Shown here: positions 9,228-16,908 of the stretch, piece after piece
How the letters are laid out: each line of letters opens with the position of its first letter
How positions within the stretch are numbered: the first letter of the stretch is position 1
Origin: Pseudomonadota bacterium
Lineage (GTDB): Bacteria > Bdellovibrionota > FAC87 > UBA2466
Direction: 5' to 3'
Assembly: GCA_043767805.1 (NCBI GenBank)
Contig: JAYUGC010000143.1
Span: forward strand, 1-25,703
DNA: 25,703 nucleotides
Program-made: the position numbers and the translations under genes
Notes under the pieces: model-generated
What the model saw: only the letters and a program-made list of their open reading frames with translations
Told to the model about the DNA's origin: nothing
Databases searched by the model: none

Positions 9228-9347
9228 CTACTTCCATTGTACTTAAGCGGACGCGGCGTGGGTAGCGCAACGCATCCATTAAGATTCGTCCCCTTAAGTA
9301 CCGAAGAGAAGAGTGGAGAATCCTTAAGGAACTATCAGAAACGACCC

Positions 9348-11396
9348 ATGGCGAGACGGCACGACATTCGGCCCCTTTCTTGGATCCGCATCACGGTGGC
9401 CTGCTTTGGCGGGATCTCCGCTGTCTGCGCCGTGGTCATCTATTTCTGGCTGTCCGGCCTCGGCGTGTTCAGCGTTTCCGAATCGCAGATGGATTTGATC
9501 ACCAAGCAACCGCACGCGGACAATAGCCTCGTCTTCGATCGCGACGGCAATAAGATCGGTGAGTTCTTCACGCAGTACCACCACTTCGTCGCCTACCAAG
9601 ATATTCCCAAGCCCCTCGTGCAGGCGATCCTCGCCGTCGAGGATCGCAGCTTCTTCCGGCACAAAGGCTTCGACCCTCGCGGCATAGTGCGCGCTTTTTT
9701 CGTTTCCATGCGGGACAAAAGCTATTCCCAGGGCGCGAGCACTTTGACTCAGCAGCTCGTCCGCCATTTTCTTTTGACCAAGGAAAAAAGCATCAACCGC
9801 AAGGTGCAGGAAGTTTTCCTCGCCTATCAGCTGGAGAAACGGCTCAGCAAAGAGAGAATTCTCGAGCTCTACGTGAATCGATTCTTTCTCGGAAACGGCG
9901 CCTACGGGGTGGGAGCCGCGGCCGAGCGCTACTTCGGCAAACCGCTCTCGCAATTGCACCTCGCGGAAATCGCGCTCATCGCGGGACTCTTTCAATCCCC
10001 TTCGGCTTACAACCCGATGCGCTCACCGCAAAAGGCCGTCACCCGCCAGCACGTGGTTTTGCAAGCAATGGTGGACGCGAATTACGTGGAGGCGGGAGTG
10101 GCGACCCAAGCCCTGCTCTATCCCTTGAACTTCAGAGCGTACCAGCCTCTCAATACGCAAATCGCGCCGTACTTCATCGACCACATCAGTCAGGAAGCGA
10201 AAACGCTTCTGGAGAACAAGATGAAGGTGGAAGGCCAAGGCCTGCGCATTCACACCACGCTCGATCCCAAAATGCAGACCCTCGGCGAAAAAGCACTGAA
10301 AGCGGCGCCCGAGCTCTGGGAAAAATCCGCCTCAGAAAAACGCAAAGGCGCGCCCGTTCGGTTTTCCGCCTCCGCTCTCGAAGCGGCCATGGTGGTCGTC
10401 GATCCCAAGTCGGGAGAAGTCCTCGCCATGCTCGGCGGCCGGGACTACGGCAAGTCTCAGTTCAACCGCGTGACCGCCGCCGCCCGCTCTCCGGGCTCAA
10501 CCTTCAAGCCGGTCGTCTACTCCCTGGCGCTGCAAAACGGCTGGAACTGGAACGCGATTCACTACATCGAGCCCATTACGGTGAAAGACTACCGCCCTCG
10601 CAACTTCGCTTCCGATTACGGCTCGGAGACAACGCTCTTTCGCGCCTTCTATAAGTCTCTCAATACCGCGGCGGTGGAGCTCGTAGGGGATCTCGGAGTC
10701 ACGCGCCTTTTGCAACACGCGAAGCTGATGGGCGTGACCTCGACGCTGAAAGCGGAAGTCGGAACGGCGCTCGGCGGTTCCGAAGTCACCATGCTCGATC
10801 TCGCCCGGGTCTATGGCACTCTCGCCAATGAAGGCGTGCGCATGGACACGACCACCATCACTCGCATCGAAGACCGCGAAGGCAATACGCTTTACCAGGC
10901 GCCCCCGGCGGACTCCCGTGGAACGCGCGCGCTCACTCCGCAATCCGCTTTTCTGATGACCGAAGGGTTGAGAGCGGTCTTGATTCACGGAACGGCCGCT
11001 CAAGCCCGCGATCTCTCGGCGGTCGCCGTCGGCAAAACAGGAACCTCGAACCAGGCGAAGGACAACTGGTTCGCGGGTTACACCTCGAACTTGGTTTGCG
11101 TGGTTTGGGTCGGCACCGACGGCAACGAAGCGCTCCCGAACGAAGCGATGGGAAGCACCCTCGCACTCCCCCTCTGGCAGATGTTCATCAAGGACTCTCT
11201 CGCCATTCGGCGGCCCGAGCCTTTCAATCGGCCGGCCGGCATCACCGAAGCTCAGGTGCATCCCCTCTATGGCAACCGGCTCGAGCACGGCGGCATGACG
11301 ATGTACTTTCAAACGGGACGCGAGCCACAGCTTCGTGGCCCGAGTGCGCTCGAAATCGTGACCGAGCGGGGCGGCTTTCGGAGGGTCTTCGAATGA
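9348..11396 (+). CDS. Class A bifunctional penicillin-binding protein (PBP1A family)
   Basis: N-terminal TM anchor. GT51 motifs EDRSFFRHKG, GASTLTQQL, RKVQE and KERILELYVN. Transpeptidase motifs STFK, SLN and KTG. Start placed at ATG 9348. Confidence 0.93.
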   Translation: MARRHDIRPLSWIRITVACFGGISAVCAVVIYFWLSGLGVFSVSESQMDLITKQPHADNSLVFDRDGNKIGEFFTQYHHFVAYQDIPKPLVQAILAVEDRSFFRHKGFDPRGIVRAFFVSMRDKSYSQGASTLTQQLVRHFLLTKEKSINRKVQEVFLAYQLEKRLSKERILELYVNRFFLGNGAYGVGAAAERYFGKPLSQLHLAEIALIAGLFQSPSAYNPMRSPQKAVTRQHVVLQAMVDANYVEAGVATQALLYPLNFRAYQPLNTQIAPYFIDHISQEAKTLLENKMKVEGQGLRIHTTLDPKMQTLGEKALKAAPELWEKSASEKRKGAPVRFSASALEAAMVVVDPKSGEVLAMLGGRDYGKSQFNRVTAAARSPGSTFKPVVYSLALQNGWNWNAIHYIEPITVKDYRPRNFASDYGSETTLFRAFYKSLNTAAVELVGDLGVTRLLQHAKLMGVTSTLKAEVGTALGGSEVTMLDLARVYGTLANEGVRMDTTTITRIEDREGNTLYQAPPADSRGTRALTPQSAFLMTEGLRAVLIHGTAAQARDLSAVAVGKTGTSNQAKDNWFAGYTSNLVCVVWVGTDGNEALPNEAMGSTLALPLWQMFIKDSLAIRRPEPFNRPAGITEAQVHPLYGNRLEHGGMTMYFQTGREPQLRGPSALEIVTERGGFRRVFE

Positions 11397-12781
11397 AGCG
11401 CCTCCTCTTGGTCTTCCTTTTTTCGTGGATAGCGCAAGGCGCGAGCCTTTGCCCTTGGATCACCGGCACCCTCGCTCCCAACTACCGGGACCTGATTAAA
11501 CGCCAGCCGAACCGCGTAGAGCTTCTCAATCGTGAGGCCGTGCGCCAAGTGCTCCGGCTCCGCCCCTCCGACTGCGGGCGGGAAAGCGGCGAGACCAAAG
11601 CGCAAGAAGCGTTTCGAGTCGCGGTCGAAGCGCACTCCGGAAAGATCGGCGCCATCCTGCCTTTGACCGGAAGAGACGCGGCTAAGGGCCGGGCGATGCG
11701 AAAAGGAATGGAGACCGCCATGGGCGCGGCGCTTGCGGGTCGCCTCATCGTGAAGGACTCGGCCTCGAGCCCTTGGGTCGCGGAAAGGCAGCTCGCCGAG
11801 CTGCTCTTTAAGGACAATGTCGCCATCGTGCTCGCGGGGGGCAGCCGCACCGAGCTCGATCGGCTCGTGCCCTGGGCGGACGGGCTCCTGATGCCGCTAC
11901 TCATCTTGAGCTCGGATAAAGTTTCCTTGGACGGCGCGCGATTCGCGTTCCGGGTTTTCCCGAGTGAAAAACGCCTCGGCATGGCGCTCGCGGCCGCCGC
12001 CCAGCAACGAGGCTTGAAACGGCTCGCCGTACTTCGGCCGGATGAAGGCCAGTCGGACCGGCTCATCAAACACTTTCAAGACGAGGCAAAAAAACGAGGC
12101 CTCGAGATTAGGCCCGCCGTGTTTTACCGCTCGGGCGATGCGGCCTCTCTCGACCAGGCGGTGAGAACACTCTACCAAATCGATTCGAAGGCGCGCGCCG
12201 AGGAGTTCGACAAGATGAGAGAGGACGGAGAGAAAAAGGCCAAGGAACGAGGGCTCGCTTTCGATCCTCGAACCGTTTTCTTAAAACCGGTCATTGAAGT
12301 GGACGGCATTCTCGTTCCCGATCATTTTCGCACGCTTCGCCATTTGACGAAGATTCTCGCTTATCACGGTGTACCCCGGACCCCTCTCTTCGGCTCACAA
12401 AGCTGGAGGAGCTCGGCGCTTCTCGAGCCGCCGGATCCGATGCTGACCGGCTCGGTCTTTGCCGACTTCATGGGCTCTTACGACGCCCTACCGGAAGGCA
12501 TTCGCGTGCCCGGGGACGGTTTCTTCGCGGAGCCGAGCCAGGCGACTGATGCCGATTTCGGCGCCGTGGGCTTTCGCGCGGCCCGCATCGCAGATTCCGC
12601 GATTACTTCAGGCGAAACGCGCCGCAAGCTTCCCGAGACGCTCTCTCGTTTAAGCGATCTCGACTCCGGCCTCTACGGCATGGGAGCGGTATTTAACGAC
12701 TCTCACGAAACCCGCTGGCCCGTCTTCCTTTTCACCATCGGCACTGACAAGCTCGAAGTCATGCCGATGCTAATGCCCTAA
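11393..12781 (+). CDS. LpoA/LppC-like PBP activator, or type 1 periplasmic binding protein fold
   Basis: ATGA overlap with the PBP stop. Signal peptide MKRLLLVFLFSWIAQG. IGAILPLTG..A..G.AMRKG, KRLAVL.P and DGILVPD...PLFGSQSW are typical of the LpoA-C/leucine-binding fold. Confidence 0.7.
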   Translation: MKRLLLVFLFSWIAQGASLCPWITGTLAPNYRDLIKRQPNRVELLNREAVRQVLRLRPSDCGRESGETKAQEAFRVAVEAHSGKIGAILPLTGRDAAKGRAMRKGMETAMGAALAGRLIVKDSASSPWVAERQLAELLFKDNVAIVLAGGSRTELDRLVPWADGLLMPLLILSSDKVSLDGARFAFRVFPSEKRLGMALAAAAQQRGLKRLAVLRPDEGQSDRLIKHFQDEAKKRGLEIRPAVFYRSGDAASLDQAVRTLYQIDSKARAEEFDKMREDGEKKAKERGLAFDPRTVFLKPVIEVDGILVPDHFRTLRHLTKILAYHGVPRTPLFGSQSWRSSALLEPPDPMLTGSVFADFMGSYDALPEGIRVPGDGFFAEPSQATDADFGAVGFRAARIADSAITSGETRRKLPETLSRLSDLDSGLYGMGAVFNDSHETRWPVFLFTIGTDKLEVMPMLMP

Positions 12782-12801
12782 AAGGGCCCAGGGCCTTTTA
12801 G
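12778..12801. terminator. Compact palindrome between convergent genes, possible bidirectional terminator
   Basis: CTAAAAGG-gcccaggg-CCTTTTAG contains both stop codons. Confidence 0.4.
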
Positions 12802-14282
12802 AGGACGCGGGCTACTAGCTCCACTGCGAAGCGGACGCCGAAGCCTGTCGTGTCGCTTCCGACGTGGGCCAAGCCGCCTTCGCTTTCCATCGCCGAAAGA
12901 TCCACGTGCACGTACGGCACCTTCTTATCGACGAATTGGCGCAGGAAGTAGCTCGCCTCGATATGGTCGCAGCCTCCCTTCAGGCGGCACTGCTTGATGT
13001 CGGCGATGGACGACTTCAAGCAACGGCCGTAATCCGGGTCGTTGGGAAACGGCCAAACCCGCTCGCCGCTATCCCGGCCCGCTTCGCGAACGAGGGGCAA
13101 AAGCGATTTGCGATTCGAATAAGCCCCACAGTAATTCGTCCCGATCGCGCGGATGCACGAGCCAGTAAGCGTCGCGAAATCCATCATGAAGTCGGGCTTG
13201 TCCTGGCAAGCCAGCGCCAGCGTGTCGGCGAGCACCATGCGGCCTTCGGCATCCGTGTCGATGACCTCGATGCTTTTGCCCGCGAGCGTCGTCACAACGT
13301 CGTTCGGCCGATAAGAGTTCGCGGTCAGCTGATTGTCGGTGATGGCAAGATACGCGGAAGCGGCGTAGGGCGCTTTCGTTTTCACCGCGTGGAGCACCAG
13401 CGCGAGAGCCACGGCGGAACCCGCCATGTCGCCGTGCATGCCGAACATATAAGCGCCAGTCTTTAACTGCGCGCCGCCCGTATCGAAGGTGATGCCTTTA
13501 CCGACGAACGCGACCTTCTTCGCGGCCTCTTTCTGCTCGTAGTGGATTTTCAAGATCCCGGACTTTCCGTTGGCCCCTTGAGCGACCGCACAGAAAGCGC
13601 CAGCGCCCATTTGCTTCAAAGTCTCGAAATCGAGGAACTCCGTTTTGAGCCCGGCGTCCGTCGCGAGCTCGGTGGCAAGCGCCACATAGCGATCTGTCGT
13701 CAAATCGTTGCCCGCCATGGTCGCGAGACGGCGCACGAGGTTCGTGCCTTCGGTAAGCGCCCAAGCTTTTTGTCCGGCGGCCTTCGCCGCGTCCTTCTCG
13801 GCGCCTTTCACCCAAACGCTCATCGCCGCGGCCTTCTTCTTTTTTCCGGGCTCGGCTTTGCGGTACCGCGGCCCCTCATACACGGCGGCCGCCATCGCCG
13901 AGACGAAAGCGTCGGCCCACGGCGTGCCGCTCACCTGACGTAAATCGACGAGAACGTGCTTACCCTTCGTGGCCCGAACCGCCCCGAGCGTACGCCGAGC
14001 CGTTTCCAGCCGTCGAAAGGAAGAGGCGCTCGAGGAAACCACGCGGATGACGAGCCTAAGCTCGGGACCGACGTCGAAAGCAAGCCGCCAGCCCATCCCG
14101 GGTTTCGGCAAGTGGCGCGCCGCAAATTCCAGCGCGGTCTTACGAAGATTGGCCGGCAGCCCTTTCAGAGCCCCACTCAGGCCCTCCTTCTTGACGACGG
14201 CGGCGTCGAGCACGACGACGAGACCGTCCGTGTCTTTAAGCTCGTTCTTGCCTTCGCCTTCAAAAACTCGGTACGGATTCAT
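12798..14282 (-). CDS. pepA: M17 leucyl aminopeptidase
   Basis: VGKGITFDTGG..LK, DMAG, DTDAEGR..LAD.L, DFATLTG, HVD. Confidence 0.93.
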   Translation of the reverse strand: MNPYRVFEGEGKNELKDTDGLVVVLDAAVVKKEGLSGALKGLPANLRKTALEFAARHLPKPGMGWRLAFDVGPELRLVIRVVSSSASSFRRLETARRTLGAVRATKGKHVLVDLRQVSGTPWADAFVSAMAAAVYEGPRYRKAEPGKKKKAAAMSVWVKGAEKDAAKAAGQKAWALTEGTNLVRRLATMAGNDLTTDRYVALATELATDAGLKTEFLDFETLKQMGAGAFCAVAQGANGKSGILKIHYEQKEAAKKVAFVGKGITFDTGGAQLKTGAYMFGMHGDMAGSAVALALVLHAVKTKAPYAASAYLAITDNQLTANSYRPNDVVTTLAGKSIEVIDTDAEGRMVLADTLALACQDKPDFMMDFATLTGSCIRAIGTNYCGAYSNRKSLLPLVREAGRDSGERVWPFPNDPDYGRCLKSSIADIKQCRLKGGCDHIEASYFLRQFVDKKVPYVHVDLSAMESEGGLAHVGSDTTGFGVRFAVELVARVL

Positions 14283-14308
14283 AGCGGTTCCCCTTCTTTA
14301 AGTAGCGG

Positions 14309-14348
14309 ACTCTAATGCCCCGGACGGATGGCGGCAAGCCGCGTGCCG
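14309..14348 (-). promoter_or_regulatory. Overlapping candidate sigma70 and sigma54 promoters for pepA
   Basis: Minus strand: TTGCCG-N17-TAGAGT (14337-14309) and CGGCACGCGGCTTGCC (GG-N10-GC; 14348-14333). Confidence 0.45.
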
Positions 14349-14351
14349 GTC

Positions 14352-14380
14352 TCGACTTAAGGCGAAAATTTTTCTAAAAT
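14352..14380 (+). promoter_or_regulatory. Candidate sigma70 promoter for the GT2-GT2-rluB unit
   Basis: TCGACT-N17-TAAAAT, 10 nt before ATG 14391. Confidence 0.5.
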
Positions 14381-14390
14381 CAGGGACTTT

Positions 14391-15392
14391 ATGGATGAGC
14401 TCTCAATCATCGTCCCCGTGCGTGGCGCGACGCTCGCTTTTCGCAGGTCGCTCGAAGCGCTTGCCGCGCTGGAGCCCCCGCCGCTCGAAATCATCGTCGT
14501 CAATGAGGGGCCGGATCCGCTGGTCCGCGAACTTTGCCGGCGCCTTCCCGTGCGCCACCTCGAAGCCGAGCTTTCGCCGGGCAATGAGCCCGGCCGCAAT
14601 TTAGGCGCCGTTCACGCGGGCGGAGAGCTTCTCCTCTTTCTCGAGCCGGAAACGGTCGTCTCCAGCGATCTCGTCTTCCAAATCGAGGCGTCTTTCGAGG
14701 ACAATCCGCATCTTTCCGCCCTCGTCGGGTCGTTTGATGCCTCGCCCTCGGACCAGGGCTTCTTTTCTCAGTTCGAAAGTCTGAGTCTCTTTTTTGCCCA
14801 TCAAAACGCCGGGCGAAGCACCGATCGGTTTTCGACGGCGTTCGGGGTCATCCGGCGCGAGGTTTTCTTCGTGCTGGGCGGCTTCGACCGCGTCACGAAC
14901 CCCGGCCTCGAGCTGGGAAGGCGACTGAAAGCACGGGGCTTTGAGATCGAGCTGCGATCCGATCTTCACGCGAACAGCCTCAAGCTTTGGAACTTCGCCG
15001 AGGCCCTCCAGGCCAGTGTCTTTCAACGCGGGATACCATCCGCGGATCTGCTCTGGCGCTACCCCGCGCGCTTACGCTCTCTCGACGTCAAAGCCAGAGA
15101 CTTAGCCGCGAGGGCGCTAGCCCTCTTGGTTTTGCCGCTCCTCGTTGTTGGCTTTCGCGGGACTGGGCTAAACTGGGTAGCACTTTCTGTGACGCCACTC
15201 TGGATCGCCTTGAACTGGCCCTTGTACTCTTTTTTCCTGCGGCGCCGCGGGCCCCGCTTTTTGGGCGCGGCCGTTGCGTGGCATTGGCTGACCACTTTCC
15301 TGGAAACCGCGGGCTTTTGCTTTGGCACCGCACGCGCCTGGGCGGCGGGGGCCCCGTCTCGCGAAACCTATTTGCACGAGGTATCCGTCTGA
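14391..15392 (+). CDS. Glycosyltransferase family 2-like membrane protein with degenerate catalytic motifs
   Basis: LSIIVPV, EIIVVNEG, RNLGA..A.GELLLFLEPE, IRREVF..LGGFD, and C-terminal TM helices. Confidence 0.8.
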   Translation: MDELSIIVPVRGATLAFRRSLEALAALEPPPLEIIVVNEGPDPLVRELCRRLPVRHLEAELSPGNEPGRNLGAVHAGGELLLFLEPETVVSSDLVFQIEASFEDNPHLSALVGSFDASPSDQGFFSQFESLSLFFAHQNAGRSTDRFSTAFGVIRREVFFVLGGFDRVTNPGLELGRRLKARGFEIELRSDLHANSLKLWNFAEALQASVFQRGIPSADLLWRYPARLRSLDVKARDLAARALALLVLPLLVVGFRGTGLNWVALSVTPLWIALNWPLYSFFLRRRGPRFLGAAVAWHWLTTFLETAGFCFGTARAWAAGAPSRETYLHEVSV

Positions 15393-16162
15393 GCGCGCCG
15401 CTGCCGTTGGTCTCGGTCGTCATTCCAGTCCACTCCGCCCAAGAGGGCCTCGGGCCCTGTTTGGAGGCGCTTCGCCTTCAAACGTACCCTTTCGACGCCA
15501 TCGAGATCATCGTGGTCGACAATCTCCCGGCGACTCGAAATAGCCATGACGCCCGCAACGCGGGCGCGGGCCGCGCGCGAGGAGAAATACTCGCCTTCAC
15601 CAACGCCGACTGCCGCCCGGAGCCCGAGTGGATCCAAAAAGGCGTGGCCCATCTGCTTCACACGCCGGACTGCGGCCTCGTCGCGGGGAAAATAGAAGTG
15701 GGATTCGCCGATCCCACTCACCCCACCGCGCCCGAGCTCTACGATCGGTATGCGGGCTTCCAACAAGCGGAGCAGCTGAAACGGCAGCACTTCGGCGTGA
15801 CCGCGAATCTCTTCACCTTCCGTTCGGTATTTGAGACCGTCGGCCCCTTCCGCCCCGACCTCGGACCGAGCGCCGACGTGGAATGGGGTCAGAGAGTTTT
15901 TGCGGCAGGCTACCGCCAAGTGTTCGCAGCCGCCGCGCTCGTGCATCACCAAGCCCGGAAATCTCTGCCGGAGCTCATCGCGCGTTGCCGTCTGAAAGGC
16001 CAGCGGCTAAGACTGGCCATGTCGGGCCCTAAACGTCTGCATCCCCTCAAAGAGTTCGGTACGTCAAAAATGATCCAAGTGTTTGCCATCGCCTGCTTGC
16101 TTCGTTTCGTGGAATGGGCCGAGTGGGGCCGCGGTCATCTGAGAGCGAGTCCCGCCCGATGA
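15389..16162 (+). CDS. Glycosyltransferase family 2-like protein, start uncertain (CTG 15389 or TTG 15407)
   Basis: LVSVVIPV, CLEAL..QTY, EIIVVDN, ARN.GA..ARGEILAFTNADC.PEPEW, TANLF..RSVFE.VG.F. The upstream part of the 14987 ORF overlaps the previous gene and is not considered coding. Confidence 0.8.
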   Translation: MSAPLPLVSVVIPVHSAQEGLGPCLEALRLQTYPFDAIEIIVVDNLPATRNSHDARNAGAGRARGEILAFTNADCRPEPEWIQKGVAHLLHTPDCGLVAGKIEVGFADPTHPTAPELYDRYAGFQQAEQLKRQHFGVTANLFTFRSVFETVGPFRPDLGPSADVEWGQRVFAAGYRQVFAAAALVHHQARKSLPELIARCRLKGQRLRLAMSGPKRLHPLKEFGTSKMIQVFAIACLLRFVEWAEWGRGHLRASPAR

Positions 16163-16908
16163 GCGAGCTTCGCCTGCAAAAATGGCTTTCGAGCCTGGGC
16201 GTCGCTTCCCGGCGCGAGGCCGAGCGCCTGATGCTGGCGGGCCGAATCAGCCTCAATGGCAAAGTCTGCAAGGAGCTCGGGACGAAGGTCGCTCCCGAAA
16301 CGGACGAAGTCCGTCTCGACGGAGAATTGGTCAACGCGAAGGCGCCCACCAAAGTGTATTTCCTGCTGTGCAAACCGGACGGCGTCATTACCACGCGGAG
16401 CGATCCGGAGGGACGCCCCACGGTCTTTGGCCTTCCTAAGGTAAAGGACCTCCCAAAAGGGCTCTTCCCCGTGGGCCGACTCGACTTTCATACCGAAGGC
16501 TTGCTGCTGCTTTCCAACGACGGAGAGCTGGTGCACCGGCTGATGCATCCAAAGTGGAAGCTCACTCGGCATTACTACGTGTATGTGGAACAAAGGCTTT
16601 CGCCGACCCACGAGCGCGCCCTAAGAAGCGGTCTCACTTTAGACGATGGCCCTAGCGCACCGGTGGAGCTCGATTTTCTGGAGAAGAAAAAGGGAAAGGG
16701 CGCCTGGTACCGCATCGTCGTGCGCGAAGGCAGAAACCGCATCGTACGCCGGCTTTTCGAGGCGTGTAACGCCGACGTTAGACGCCTCATTCGTTTCGGC
16801 TTCGGAGACGTCCGCCTGGACGAGGACCTGACGCCCGGAAACGTGCGCCCGCTTCTGCGCCAGGAAATCCTGCACCTGCTCAAAGCGACCGATCTCCTGG
16901 AGCGCTAG
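16159..16908 (+). CDS. rluB: RsuA/RluB family rRNA pseudouridine synthase
   Basis: S4 domain RLQKWLS.LGVASRREAE, KP.GVITT.SDPEGR, PVGRLDFHTEGLLLL, EGRNR.VRR. ATGA overlap with the upstream gene. The exact paralog assignment is tentative. Confidence 0.88.
   Translation: MSELRLQKWLSSLGVASRREAERLMLAGRISLNGKVCKELGTKVAPETDEVRLDGELVNAKAPTKVYFLLCKPDGVITTRSDPEGRPTVFGLPKVKDLPKGLFPVGRLDFHTEGLLLLSNDGELVHRLMHPKWKLTRHYYVYVEQRLSPTHERALRSGLTLDDGPSAPVELDFLEKKKGKGAWYRIVVREGRNRIVRRLFEACNADVRRLIRFGFGDVRLDEDLTPGNVRPLLRQEILHLLKATDLLER

Noticed and set aside
11096..11392. N-terminal extension of the 561-aa ORF
   Set aside because: Overlaps the PBP1A coding region; the signal peptide begins at ATG 11393.
14987..15388. 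N-terminal extension of the 391-aa ORF, or a programmed frameshift fusing the two GT2 genes
   Set aside because: Overlaps the TM-encoding end of the first GT2; no slippery site seen; the SD plus CTG explains the junction more simply.
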